The translations under genes and the position numbers were made by a program. A DNA stretch of 64,000 nt, from NCBI GenBank assembly GCA_964454865.1, contig CAYVTQ010000001.1, positions 3,554 through 67,553 of the forward strand, read 5' to 3'. A model generated the notes under the pieces. The model was given only the letters and a program-made list of their open reading frames with translations. It was not told the origin of the DNA and did not search any database. Source of the DNA: an uncultured Methanosarcinales archaeon (GTDB lineage Archaea > Nanobdellota > Nanobdellia > Woesearchaeales > GW2011-AR4). Positions 9,185 through 19,659 of this stretch are shown here, piece by piece (the first letter of the stretch is position 1; each line of letters opens with the position of its first letter).

Positions 9185-10465
9185 ATGGAATCAAATTCTT
9201 TTCAGCGCAATCAATGCCGGGCGTGCAAAAGCAGAAATCTCGAATTAGTTTTGCCTCTTGCACCCATACCTATTGCTGATGCATATGTTTCCAAGGAATG
9301 CCTAAATGAAGCTCAAAATACTTACCCTTTGGAAGTTTTTTTGTGCAAAAATTGCGGCCTTGTGCAACTGCTTGAAACCATAGACCCGGAAATTTTATAC
9401 AGTAAATTCCTCTATGAAACCTCCACCTCACTAGGCCTTGCAGCCCATTTTCAAAAATATGCCCATGAAGTATTTAAAAAAATCGGGCCTCAAAAAGACA
9501 GCCTTATTGTAGATATAGGGAGCAATGACGGAACCCTGCTAAAAGCGTTTAAGGGCGAAGGGGCCACTAATGTCTTAGGAATAGACCCTGCTGAAGATAT
9601 CTCGAAAAAAGCGACAAAAAACGGAATAAAAACCGTGCCAAAATTTTTTAATATGGGGCTTGCCAATGAAATCACAAAAGAATACGGATTGGCTGGAATA
9701 GTCACTTCAAACAATACCCTTGCCAATATTGATAATCTGGCGGAATTTATTGGTGCAATCAAGCAGCTTATTGACGACCATGGGGTGTTCATCTTTGAAA
9801 CTGTCTATCTGGTTGACCTGTTGACGAATGCCGTTTTTGACAACATCTATCATGAGCATTTAAATTATTTCTCTGTCGGAGCCCTTAAAAAATTATTTCA
9901 GTTGCACAACTTGGAATTGGCGGATGTCGAGAGAATAGAAACCAAAGGAGGGTCTATACGCTGCTATGTCCAGCATAAACAGGGGCCCCTGAAGACTTCA
10001 TCTTCAGTAAATGAACTGATCAGCATGGAAAACGGCCTGAAAATAACTTCTGCGGAAATCTATACCAAATTATCTAAAAAACTAGAGCGCCATAAGCATG
10101 AATTGAGACACTTTCTCACTGATTTAAGGAGCAAGGGCAAGATAATCGCCGGCTACTGTGCGTCGCAAAGTGTTACGACTTTTCTTTATTATTTCGGCAT
10201 AGGGGAGTTTATAAAATTTATAGCGGACGATAACTCCATAAAGCACGGCACATTCAGCCCCGGCTTGCATATCCCGGTTTTGCCGCCGGATGAAATCTAC
10301 AGGCAAAAACCTGATTTTATAATAATATTGGCATGGAGATATTCCGACCCAATCATTAAAAAGCATCAGCTTTATCTTAATGGAAATGGGAGCTTTATTG
10401 TGCCATTTCCTGCTATAGAACTTTTTGATAAAAGTGGCATGAAAGAAGCGGCTAAACATCAATAA
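9185..10465 (+). CDS. NDP-sugar C-methyltransferase (zinc-binding class I SAM MTase)
   Basis: CRAC..CKNCGLVQL zinc site, DIGSNDG, IYHEH, GGSIR, LAWRY. Confidence 0.9.
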   Translation: MESNSFQRNQCRACKSRNLELVLPLAPIPIADAYVSKECLNEAQNTYPLEVFLCKNCGLVQLLETIDPEILYSKFLYETSTSLGLAAHFQKYAHEVFKKIGPQKDSLIVDIGSNDGTLLKAFKGEGATNVLGIDPAEDISKKATKNGIKTVPKFFNMGLANEITKEYGLAGIVTSNNTLANIDNLAEFIGAIKQLIDDHGVFIFETVYLVDLLTNAVFDNIYHEHLNYFSVGALKKLFQLHNLELADVERIETKGGSIRCYVQHKQGPLKTSSSVNELISMENGLKITSAEIYTKLSKKLERHKHELRHFLTDLRSKGKIIAGYCASQSVTTFLYYFGIGEFIKFIADDNSIKHGTFSPGLHIPVLPPDEIYRQKPDFIIILAWRYSDPIIKKHQLYLNGNGSFIVPFPAIELFDKSGMKEAAKHQ

Positions 10466-10475
10466 GGCATCTAAA

Positions 10476-11522
10476 ATGAGAGAACCGGACAATTTCAAAA
10501 ATATAATTTCAGCATTGTGCGATAAGGCAAATATCTCGGGAAACTACAAACTGGAGACTATCAAGGGCGGAAGGAACAACCAGACTTTCTGCGTTTCCTG
10601 CGATAATGGCACCAAGGCACTGCTTAAATACTATTTCAACAGCAGATTTGACAAAAGAAATCGCCTGGCATCCGAACACGCTTTTTTGAAATATCTGCGC
10701 GAATTGGGCTATACCCGCATCCCAAGAGTATTGGCAGTCGACACCGGCAACAATTTAGGGTTATATGAGTATATAGAAGGGAAAAAACTGAGCGCGTCAG
10801 AAATTGGCAAATCTGAAGTGGACTCTGCGATTGATTTCTTTTGCCGCATAAACAACGGAAAATATAGCCTCAAAAACAGCTTTTATCCGGCATCAGAAGC
10901 ATGTTTTAATCTCAATGACCATATAAGAACCGTTGAGACTAGGATTTCTAAACTATCTTCTATAGCCGGAACATCCGGAACAGACCGCATGGCAAGGGAA
11001 TTTATAAAAAATAAGCTAATTGTTTTGTGGGATGAGGTCAGGCAGCATGTATTAGAAAGCACTGCAAGCCTGAACATGGATTTGGATAAAGACATGCCTG
11101 CCAATGAAAAATGCCTGTCCCCTTCCGATTTCGGATTCCACAATGCCCTGAAAAATAGCTCCGGCGAAATTTATTTTTTCGATTTTGAATATGCCGGAAT
11201 AGACGATCCATCCAGAATGATGTGCGATTTCTTCTGCCAGCCCGAAATACCTGTGCCTTTCAAATTTTTCCACTATTTTATCCGGAAGATTTGCAGCGCC
11301 ATACCTTACACTAAGGAAGTAAGTGATAGGGCCGCCATATTATTTCCAGTTTATAAACTGAAATGGTGCTGCATACTGCTGAATGAATTTTTGCAAGATA
11401 GCATGGCGCGCAGGAAATTTGCCATTTCTGAAGGGTCTCCTGACCTCAAGCTGCAGCAGCTCAATAAAGCTCTGAAATACATGGAAAATTTTGAATTGAT
11501 CAAGAACGAGATTATGGCGTAG
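10476..11522 (+). CDS. aminoglycoside-phosphotransferase/choline-kinase family protein
   Basis: GGRNN, SPSDFGFHN, FFDFEYAG..D motifs. Confidence 0.85.
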   Translation: MREPDNFKNIISALCDKANISGNYKLETIKGGRNNQTFCVSCDNGTKALLKYYFNSRFDKRNRLASEHAFLKYLRELGYTRIPRVLAVDTGNNLGLYEYIEGKKLSASEIGKSEVDSAIDFFCRINNGKYSLKNSFYPASEACFNLNDHIRTVETRISKLSSIAGTSGTDRMAREFIKNKLIVLWDEVRQHVLESTASLNMDLDKDMPANEKCLSPSDFGFHNALKNSSGEIYFFDFEYAGIDDPSRMMCDFFCQPEIPVPFKFFHYFIRKICSAIPYTKEVSDRAAILFPVYKLKWCCILLNEFLQDSMARRKFAISEGSPDLKLQQLNKALKYMENFELIKNEIMA

Positions 11523-11526
11523 GTGG

Positions 11527-12192
11527 ATGATGGGCGGACAACTTAGCATTATATCAGCATTGCATAAAAAAACCCAGCGTGATTATATTAAAAGGGTAAA
11601 CAACTCCAAAATTGATTGCATGAAAGTCGCAAGAATGTACGGCAAGGACTATTGGGACGGCGACAGAAAGTTCGGCTATGGAGGGTACAAATATGATGGA
11701 AGATGGTCTGTTGTGGCAAAAGAGCTGATAAAGATTTATAATCTCCCTGCCACAGCAAAAATCCTGGATGTAGGCTGCGGAAAAGGATTTCTGCTTTATG
11801 AGTTCAAAAAATTGCTGCCAAAATGCACAATTGCCGGGTTTGACATATCGGAATATGCCGTCAAGAATGCAAAAGAAGAGGTCAAGAGCGATTTGCACGT
11901 TCATCCGGCCCAAGATTCATATGGCTATACCGACAAAGAATTTGACCTTGTAGTATCTCTTACGACTCTCCACAACCTGAAAATTTATGATTTGCATTCT
12001 GCTTTAAAGGAGATAGAAAGGGTAGGGAAGCATAAATATATTGTTGTTGAGAGCTATAGGGATGAAAAGGAGCTATTTAATCTCGAATGTTGGGCACTCA
12101 CTGCCCAGTCTTTTTTCAGCATCGAGGAATGGGAATGGATTTTTGGGCATTTTGGCTATTCCGGCGATTACGAATTTATATTCTTCGAATAG
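11527..12192 (+). CDS. class I SAM-dependent methyltransferase
   Basis: YWDGDRKFGYGGY, ILDVGCGKG. Confidence 0.9.
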   Translation: MMGGQLSIISALHKKTQRDYIKRVNNSKIDCMKVARMYGKDYWDGDRKFGYGGYKYDGRWSVVAKELIKIYNLPATAKILDVGCGKGFLLYEFKKLLPKCTIAGFDISEYAVKNAKEEVKSDLHVHPAQDSYGYTDKEFDLVVSLTTLHNLKIYDLHSALKEIERVGKHKYIVVESYRDEKELFNLECWALTAQSFFSIEEWEWIFGHFGYSGDYEFIFFE

Positions 12193-12255
12193 CAATTACT
12201 TATCAAATCTGCATGCATCAAAGCTTTTATAAATCATACAAAATTACTCTGTTCT

Positions 12256-13302
12256 ATGATTCATAGCCTTAAAAATTATATCGAAGGCATAAAAACTGCC
12301 TACAATACCGGTCTAATTGAAAGCTTAATTAAGCAATTCAAAACGAAAAAGTTGCTGGTAATAGGCGACACAATAATTGATGAATACTACTTTACCTCAA
12401 TCAAGGGAACTGCCATCAAGGATCCCATAATCTCTGCGGAATATAAATACCATGAAACTTATCCCGGCGGAATATTGGCAATTTATAGCCATCTAAGCGA
12501 TTTCGCGGATAAGATTAATTTAGTCACATTATTGGGAGAATACAGCCCTAACCTGGACTTTATTAAAAAAAATATCCATAAAAATACCAATTTTAAACAT
12601 TTTATAAAGCCGGATTCCCACACAATTGTAAAACGAAGGTACATAGACGCTTACAGGAATAACAAGCTTTTCAAAATAGAGTATATGAATGACATGCCAA
12701 TATCCGAAAAGCTGTCCGGGGAAATTCTGGATTATTTAAGAAATGAAATTAAAAAATATGATATAGTGATTGCAGGGGATTTCGGCCACGGCTTTCTCAA
12801 TAAGCAGATAAGGGAATGTTTGGATGAAGAATCCCCTTACCTGTCAATAAATGTGCAGACAAACAGCGCCAACAGGGGATACAATTATGTAAATCTTTAC
12901 AAAAAACCTGATTTTTTCACTATCAATGAGGAGGAATTGAGGCTGACTATGATGAAGAGATTTGACGACACTAACGAGGTTATAAGGGAATTGCACAACA
13001 CTTTTAAGTATGGTAAATTTCTTGTCACACGCGGTAAAGAGGGATGCACTTTTTTTAATGATGGAAATATTGTCGAGGCTCCGGCATTGACAGAGAATGT
13101 AATTGACACTATTGGATCCGGAGATGCAGTATTTTCAATTGCAAGCTTATTTGTGCATAGCCATCCGGATGATAATCTGGTCCCGTTTATCGCAAACTGT
13201 GCGGGGGCTATAAAATCCAATTACATGGGCAACAAAGAAAGAATCACAGCAGAAAAATTATTAAGATTTATCAAAGAGCTGTATGAAAATGAACTGGAAT
13301 AG
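12256..13302 (+). CDS. PfkB-family sugar kinase (HldE/RfaE kinase-like domain only)
   Basis: VIGDTIIDEY, DFGHG, VTRG..G, DTIGSGD motifs. Confidence 0.85.
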   Translation: MIHSLKNYIEGIKTAYNTGLIESLIKQFKTKKLLVIGDTIIDEYYFTSIKGTAIKDPIISAEYKYHETYPGGILAIYSHLSDFADKINLVTLLGEYSPNLDFIKKNIHKNTNFKHFIKPDSHTIVKRRYIDAYRNNKLFKIEYMNDMPISEKLSGEILDYLRNEIKKYDIVIAGDFGHGFLNKQIRECLDEESPYLSINVQTNSANRGYNYVNLYKKPDFFTINEEELRLTMMKRFDDTNEVIRELHNTFKYGKFLVTRGKEGCTFFNDGNIVEAPALTENVIDTIGSGDAVFSIASLFVHSHPDDNLVPFIANCAGAIKSNYMGNKERITAEKLLRFIKELYENELE

Positions 13303-13846
13303 CTATAAAGAATCAATAATAGGCGCCTTGGAGATTTTCAGATTTGATGAAGGGATACTTGATTTGATCAGGAATTCCGTCAGCAAAAACCAGAGGATTT
13401 TCATAGGAGGCAATGGCGGGAGCGCTGCATTATCATTGCATTACGCAGCAGATTTATCAAAAGGGGCCAATTCAAACTGGGAAAAAAACGCCAAAAGGCT
13501 TAAGGCTGTTCCCCTAACCGGCAGTATAGGGTATATCACTGCCATATCCAACGATCTTAATTATGATGAGATATTCAAGCAGCAATTGATAAATCTGGCA
13601 TCCAAAAATGATATACTGATTCTGATTTCCTCTTCCGGGAACAGCCCAAATATAGTAAAAGCTGCGGAATATGCAAAAAAAGCCGGACTGATTGTTGTAG
13701 GCATCACAGGATTTGATGGCGGAAAGCTGAAGGGGCTATCTGACTACTCAGCTCATCTGGACTTTGATTCATATGAAGTTTGCGAAGATGTCCACGGAAT
13801 ATTCGGCCATTTCCTTTCGTGCTATTTGAGAAGCAGCCCGGACTAG
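13283..13846 (+). CDS. gmhA: SIS-domain phosphoheptose isomerase-like
   Basis: GNGGSAA, ISND, SSSGNSPN, TGFDGG, EDVH. Confidence 0.85.
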   Translation: MKMNWNSYKESIIGALEIFRFDEGILDLIRNSVSKNQRIFIGGNGGSAALSLHYAADLSKGANSNWEKNAKRLKAVPLTGSIGYITAISNDLNYDEIFKQQLINLASKNDILILISSSGNSPNIVKAAEYAKKAGLIVVGITGFDGGKLKGLSDYSAHLDFDSYEVCEDVHGIFGHFLSCYLRSSPD

Positions 13847-14445
13847 AGATTTTCCATATCTTCTATTATCTGGTGCCAAGACCTGACTATTCTGAATTTG
13901 CCATTTTGTATTTCTCCGCTCGGATCAAACAGCATTCTTTTAACTGACGTGGGGAATTTACTGCCGTTTAAGAACTCCGGCAAGTCATCAATAAAATGCG
14001 TGCATTTTTGAATTTTAATCCTTTCAATTTTCTTATCGCCTGTCAGTTCAAAAAATATATTCTCTTCCTTTAATCCCATCACCCCATCATAAAATCTGTT
14101 TCTCTTCAACCACTGGCGGGCGTATTTGTGCAGATCATACTTTGGCCCCATATAAGGGTTTAATGTCCTATGGCTGATTATATATGCCTGCAATCCTTTC
14201 TCCCTGCAGATTTCGAAAAAATCCCTTACTCCCTCAAATGGCTTTGCATTGAATATTCCGGGGCCGTAAATATATCCCTGCAGCTCAATCCATTCATTTT
14301 CCCTGCACGCATCCCTAAGATAGTCTCTCACGCTGTTTTTAGACATAGATAAATTTTTTGGTATGATTCCCTTATCCAGAGCAGTGTTGTAGAACAGATT
14401 ATCATAACATACAATTGTATTGTCAAAGTCTACTCCTATAATCAT
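13843..14445 (-). CDS. HAD-like hydrolase
   Basis: GVDFDNT, SHR/T, FIDD motifs. Confidence 0.85.
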   Translation of the reverse strand: MIIGVDFDNTIVCYDNLFYNTALDKGIIPKNLSMSKNSVRDYLRDACRENEWIELQGYIYGPGIFNAKPFEGVRDFFEICREKGLQAYIISHRTLNPYMGPKYDLHKYARQWLKRNRFYDGVMGLKEENIFFELTGDKKIERIKIQKCTHFIDDLPEFLNGSKFPTSVKRMLFDPSGEIQNGKFRIVRSWHQIIEDMENL

Positions 14446-14455
14446 TTTATGAAAT

Positions 14456-15496
14456 TCAACCCATATCGATCAAGGGCCTGACAATCTTGCCAGATTCCAT
14501 ATCACCCAATGCATCATTAATTTCATTAAGCTTGTAGATATTTGACGTAAACGGCTCCAAGTTTATTTCGTGCGAGGCAATAAATTTCAGATACTTCAAA
14601 AAATCAGAGTCGGGATTGCTGTCCCCTCCCCATGTTCCCAGTATGCTCTTGCCCATATTAAACTCTTGGGGGTTAATATTCAAAATTTTGCCATGGGGGG
14701 CATTTCCAACTATCACAACCTTTCCCCCCTGTTTCCTTACGCTACTCACAGCCTGCAGCATTGTTTCAGGCATTCCGCATGATTCTATTGCAAAATCCAC
14801 CCCATTTTTGCAAACTTCTCTTATTTTATCTGGAGAAAGATCGTTGGAGTTATCTATCAGGTGGGTAGCCCCGTACTTCTCCGCTGTTTTTAATTTATTT
14901 TTATTAATATCGACTGCAAATATCGGGCGGCACTGGCTAATTCTTGCTCCTGCAATAGCAAATAGGCCTATGCCTCCTGTGCCAAACACGGCAATGCTCT
15001 CCCCTTTTTTCGGCTTTGCAACATTAAGGACAGCCCCCATTCCAGTAGGGAATGCACAGCCTAGTAACGCAATCTCTTTCATTGAAATATCCCAGCTCTC
15101 CGGCACGGCGGTCAAGCGATTTTCTGAAATAACGGACTGCCTTGAAAATGTGGTGATAGCTCCGGCATTTACTCTTTTCCCGCCTAATTCATAGGCTGTT
15201 CCCGGCACGTCCATTCCGGAGCCTTTTATCCACGACATTATGACCTTATCACCGGGCTTTACCTTCGTTACTTTAGGGCCGGCTTCCCTGACTATTCCCG
15301 AGCCTTCATGCCCCAGGCAATGCGGCAAATACTTGTCCTCTCCTCTGTGGCCATATTTTTCTAAAATCTGAGTATGGCAAACTCCGCTATATTTTATATC
15401 CACCAAAACCTGGCCATCCTTTAATTCAGGGATTTTCAGGCTTACCAATTTCAGCGGATTTCCCAATTCTTCCAGTATTGCAGCTTCAGTCAGCAT
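14456..15496 (-). CDS. zinc-dependent alcohol dehydrogenase family protein
   Basis: GVCHTQ, GHEGSG, LLGC, GTGGIG. Confidence 0.9.
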   Translation of the reverse strand: MLTEAAILEELGNPLKLVSLKIPELKDGQVLVDIKYSGVCHTQILEKYGHRGEDKYLPHCLGHEGSGIVREAGPKVTKVKPGDKVIMSWIKGSGMDVPGTAYELGGKRVNAGAITTFSRQSVISENRLTAVPESWDISMKEIALLGCAFPTGMGAVLNVAKPKKGESIAVFGTGGIGLFAIAGARISQCRPIFAVDINKNKLKTAEKYGATHLIDNSNDLSPDKIREVCKNGVDFAIESCGMPETMLQAVSSVRKQGGKVVIVGNAPHGKILNINPQEFNMGKSILGTWGGDSNPDSDFLKYLKFIASHEINLEPFTSNIYKLNEINDALGDMESGKIVRPLIDMG

Positions 15497-16412
15497 TATT
15501 AAGATTCTCCATTATTTTTTTTGATATTTGATAAGGGGCAAGACCCATAAATTCCCTTGCGTAAGATTGGCTTCCAACCCTGTATAAGAACCTATCTTTT
15601 GTCCCGAATCTCAATAATCTGGATTTTTTGAAATTGTCACATGACCATTCAGCCACGCTTGATCCCAGCCCTCCAAGAAGGCTGTGCTCTTCAATTGTCG
15701 CAATCAGGCCGAATTCATTGAAAACATCGCTCAAAACTTCAGTATCCAAGGGCTTCAATGTAAACATATTTACCACTTGCGCAGATATGCCTTTTTCACC
15801 CAAAATTTTGGCAGCCTCAACAGAAGTGGACAGCATATTGCCTATACTTAAAATACAAACATCTTTTCCTTTTTGGATAATATTCCCCTTGCCGATTTTT
15901 GAATTTGGCACTTCCTTGTAAACAAGAGGGTCATTTTTTTTCCCTAGCCTCAGATAAACCGGCCCGTCATGATTTAGGGCCAGCCTTATAGCGGACCTTA
16001 CTTCATAGGCATCTCCGGGGCAAATGACAGACATATTAGGAAGCGCCCTCATTATTGCCAGATCCTCGCATGAATGGTGGGTTGCACCCAATGGGGCATA
16101 TTCAAACCCCGCCCCTACTGCCACTATAACCACTGGAAAATTGTTGTAGCATATATCCACCCTTATTTGTTCATAACATCTTGTCGTTATGAACGGCGCT
16201 ATGGTGTAACCAATAGGCCTCAGCCCGCAAGAGGCTATTCCGGCAGCCATTCCAATTAAATTAGCTTCTGCCACTCCGCAATTAAAAAACCTGTTGGGGA
16301 ACTTTTCTTTGAACTTATCAAAGAGCTTGTTGCCTATGTCGCCCGGCATCAAAACAACCTTGTCATTCTTTTCCGCTAATTTTGTCACTTCATCTGCAAA
16401 GGCATTCCTCAT
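15486..16412 (-). CDS. transketolase-like ThDP enzyme, C-terminal subunit
   Basis: GVAEANL, GATHH, EEH..GGLGS. Confidence 0.92.
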   Translation of the reverse strand: MRNAFADEVTKLAEKNDKVVLMPGDIGNKLFDKFKEKFPNRFFNCGVAEANLIGMAAGIASCGLRPIGYTIAPFITTRCYEQIRVDICYNNFPVVIVAVGAGFEYAPLGATHHSCEDLAIMRALPNMSVICPGDAYEVRSAIRLALNHDGPVYLRLGKKNDPLVYKEVPNSKIGKGNIIQKGKDVCILSIGNMLSTSVEAAKILGEKGISAQVVNMFTLKPLDTEVLSDVFNEFGLIATIEEHSLLGGLGSSVAEWSCDNFKKSRLLRFGTKDRFLYRVGSQSYAREFMGLAPYQISKKIMENLNNAD

Positions 16413-17284
16413 ATTAATCCCAGCTCCTTTTTAGCCTTAATCAATTCCTGTTCATTTGGAACTTTGTAATGCCAATTGTTATCGTCCTCCATAAATGACA
16501 CTCCTTTGCCTTTTGTTGTGTGGGCAATAACAGCCACTGGCTTTCCGGAGCCGTCAGGAATGTTATTGAGTATCTTAAATATCTCCTGGAGATTATGCCC
16601 GTCAATTTCATAAACGCTCCATCCAAAAGATCTCCACTTATCAGCCAGCGGCTCTATTGCTAAAATTTCAGTACTTCTTCCAGTTGCCTGCCACTTATTA
16701 AAATCAACAATCACCGCAACGTTTTCAAGCTTGTGCATTGGAGCAAACATTGCAGCTTCCCAAACAGACCCCTCATTACATTCGCCATCGCTTATAAGTG
16801 CAAATACTCTATAGTCTCTTTGCTGTATGCCTCCTCCAAGAGAAATCCCGATGCCGAATGGCAGTCCATGGCCAAGGGATCCTGTTATAGCTTCAACACC
16901 CGGAATTCCCCGGTCCGGGTGCTCTGCAAAAGCTGTATCATTTTTGCCGAATGTCTCAAGCAAACTTTCTTCAAAAAATCCCTTATAAGCAAGAGTCGCG
17001 TACAATGCCATTGCAGCATGCCCTTTACTAAGGATAAACCTATCCCTGCCAGGCTCTTTTGGGTCCTTGGGGTTTATTTTAAGTATCTTCCAGTAAATCA
17101 CTGCCAAAATATCTACACAAGACAGGGCTGATGCCAGATGAGCAACATCCGCCTTGCTGGCCATTTCCAGGACCTTGCCGCGAATTTTACTTGCGATTTT
17201 ACTTAATTCCAAAAAATCCGGATTTTTGTCGTTTAGCTTCATTTGTTTGCTGGGTTTATACCCCTCCCCTTGGGGCGACCTCAT
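16409..17284 (-). CDS. transketolase-like ThDP enzyme, N-terminal subunit (alternative start 17242)
   Basis: DRFILSKGH, GSLGHG, SDGECNEG, TKGKG. Confidence 0.92.
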   Translation of the reverse strand: MRSPQGEGYKPSKQMKLNDKNPDFLELSKIASKIRGKVLEMASKADVAHLASALSCVDILAVIYWKILKINPKDPKEPGRDRFILSKGHAAMALYATLAYKGFFEESLLETFGKNDTAFAEHPDRGIPGVEAITGSLGHGLPFGIGISLGGGIQQRDYRVFALISDGECNEGSVWEAAMFAPMHKLENVAVIVDFNKWQATGRSTEILAIEPLADKWRSFGWSVYEIDGHNLQEIFKILNNIPDGSGKPVAVIAHTTKGKGVSFMEDDNNWHYKVPNEQELIKAKKELGLI

Positions 17285-17291
17285 TTTTATT

Positions 17292-18419
17292 TTACTTTTG
17301 GAATGAATTTATCCCTTCAATAACAAGATTAATTTGGCTATCTTTTAGTTCCGGGTAAAGAGGCAGGCTTAATATCCTTTTTGCCTGCTTTTCTGCCACT
17401 GGAAAATCTCCTTTTTTGAATCCGAGACTCAGCGATTGCAGCTGCAAATGGATAGGCACAGGGTAATGGACTTTAGTTTCTATGCCCTTGCCAAGCAGAT
17501 ATTTTTGCAATTCATCCCTTTTTTCAGACTCTATGATGAAATTATGATAAAACGGCTCTTCATACTCTTTGTCATGGGGTATTTTTGCAATACCTTTTGC
17601 TTCTTTCAGCCCTTTTCGGTATAAAGAAACTATCTCCTTAATTCTTGCCCCGGTATCCTCCAAATGCCTTAAGCGCACATTGAGGATTGCGGCTTGTATG
17701 GAATCCAAGCGTGAATTATATCCCCACATGATTGTCTCGTCCCTGTTTTTAAGCCCGTGATTTCTGAGATGGAGTATCTTTTCATATAACTCCTTATTAT
17801 TAGTCGTTATAACTCCGCCATCCCCGCAGCAATTAAGGTTCTTTAGAGGATGCAGGCTAAAACAGCCTGCAATTCCGAATGATCCCACCCTTGCCCCCTT
17901 ATATTCTGCCCCTACAGCCTGTGCAGTATCTTCTATCACATGCAGCCCGTTCTTTTTTGCCATTTCCAATATTGGAGACATATTTGCAGGCCTTCCAGTC
18001 AAATGCACAGGTATTATTGCTCTTGTGTTTTTTGTAATTGCTTTTTCTATAAGATCAGGATTTATGTTGTAGTCATCGCCGACATCTGCAAAAGCCGGCA
18101 CCGCCCCGGCAGCTATTATGGCACCGGCAGTCGCTATAAATGAATTTGGCGCCGTTATTACTTCATCTCCCTGACCTATCCCCAAAGCCTTCATGCAGAG
18201 AAATAAGGCGTCAGTCCCATTGCCCACGCCTATTGCATAGCTGCAGCCGCAATATTTTGCAAATTCCCTTTCAAACTCCTTCACTTCCGACCCCAGTATA
18301 TAATCTCCTGATTCCAAGACGGAATTTATCCTAGACACTATTTCTGCTTTTGCCGACTCAAACTGGGCTGATAAATCCACAAACTTCACTTTTACATTAC
18401 TCGCGCATTGCTCACTCAT
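17292..18419 (-). CDS. DegT/DnrJ/EryC1/StrS sugar aminotransferase
   Basis: GNGTDAL, PVHL, SLHPLKNL..GDGG, NSRLD, HYP. Confidence 0.95.
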   Translation of the reverse strand: MSEQCASNVKVKFVDLSAQFESAKAEIVSRINSVLESGDYILGSEVKEFEREFAKYCGCSYAIGVGNGTDALFLCMKALGIGQGDEVITAPNSFIATAGAIIAAGAVPAFADVGDDYNINPDLIEKAITKNTRAIIPVHLTGRPANMSPILEMAKKNGLHVIEDTAQAVGAEYKGARVGSFGIAGCFSLHPLKNLNCCGDGGVITTNNKELYEKILHLRNHGLKNRDETIMWGYNSRLDSIQAAILNVRLRHLEDTGARIKEIVSLYRKGLKEAKGIAKIPHDKEYEEPFYHNFIIESEKRDELQKYLLGKGIETKVHYPVPIHLQLQSLSLGFKKGDFPVAEKQAKRILSLPLYPELKDSQINLVIEGINSFQK

Positions 18420-19560
18420 AAAACTCCCTTATTTTTTTAACCGCATATTCCTGCTGTTCTTTTGTAATAAACTCATGAACCGGCAATGAGATCACTGATT
18501 TGCACACTTCTTCACAAAACGGAAAATCTCCTTCCTTGTACCTCCAACCTTTTGCTGCTGGCTGCAGATGCATTGGAATGGGATAGTGAATTTTGGCGTC
18601 TATCCCATTTTCTATAAGGTATTTTTGCAATTCGTCCCTCCTTTTAGCCATTATTACATAGATATGGAATACATGCTTCGCATTCTGGCTTCTTTTCGGG
18701 ATTCTTATCTGGGGAACCTTTGAAAGCTCTTCATCAAAAAATTTTGCATTCCTGATTCTTGACTCAGTTATGTGTTCAATCTTTTTCAGAAGATGGCTGG
18801 CTACAACTGCCTGTATTGAATCCAGTCTTGAATTATAAGCCCATACAAAGCACTCATTTCTGTTTACAAGCCCGTGATTTCTAAGCAAAACCAGCCTGTC
18901 GTGCAAATCTTTCGAATTGGTTGTTATCACTCCCCCGTCTCCCCATACATTTAAGTTCTTAAGGGGATGGAGGCTGAAGCATCCCATGTTTCCAAAACTG
19001 CCGGGCGATTTTTCCCCGATTTTGGAATTTATTGCGTGGCATGCATCTTCAACTACATATAAATTATGCTTACTTGCGATTGACATAATCTTTTCCATAC
19101 TGCACGGCATGCCGGACCAGTGAACTGGAAGTATTGCCTTGGTTCTTTTTGTGAGCACTCCTTCTATAAGATCAGGATCAATATTCAGATCCTCCCCAAT
19201 ATCAGCAAATACCGGAGTTGCCCCGGCAGTGACAATAGCGCCCACTGTCGCAAAAAAAGTATAAGGGGTTGTAACAACCTCATCTCCCTGCCCTACTCCC
19301 AGCGCCTTCAAGCTAAGGAATAATGCGCCTGTCCCGCTGCCAACCCCTATCGCATACTTAGTGCCAACAATTTCTGCAAACTCTTTTTCAAATAAATCCA
19401 CGCTCTTGCCAAGCGTGAAATCGCCATCAATAACGACCTTTTCCATCTCTTTAAAAATCTCCTTATAGTCTAAAAACTGCTGCTGCAGATAATTGTGGTT
19501 GATGCCTCTCTTTGCAGTTTCCTCATACTGTTGCGGAAGATAATTATGATCTATTGCCAT
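18412..19560 (-). CDS. DegT/DnrJ/EryC1/StrS sugar aminotransferase (second paralog)
   Basis: EDACHA, SLHPLKNL..GDGG, NSRLD. Confidence 0.95.
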   Translation of the reverse strand: MAIDHNYLPQQYEETAKRGINHNYLQQQFLDYKEIFKEMEKVVIDGDFTLGKSVDLFEKEFAEIVGTKYAIGVGSGTGALFLSLKALGVGQGDEVVTTPYTFFATVGAIVTAGATPVFADIGEDLNIDPDLIEGVLTKRTKAILPVHWSGMPCSMEKIMSIASKHNLYVVEDACHAINSKIGEKSPGSFGNMGCFSLHPLKNLNVWGDGGVITTNSKDLHDRLVLLRNHGLVNRNECFVWAYNSRLDSIQAVVASHLLKKIEHITESRIRNAKFFDEELSKVPQIRIPKRSQNAKHVFHIYVIMAKRRDELQKYLIENGIDAKIHYPIPMHLQPAAKGWRYKEGDFPFCEEVCKSVISLPVHEFITKEQQEYAVKKIREFYE

Positions 19561-19659
19561 CTTCTAAGCGGTACCTCCTTCATTTTTTAAACTTTGTTCC
19601 TCTTGGAAATCCTGTGTTATATGGAGTTTGTTAAACTGGGATTTAATGTTTCCAATGTG

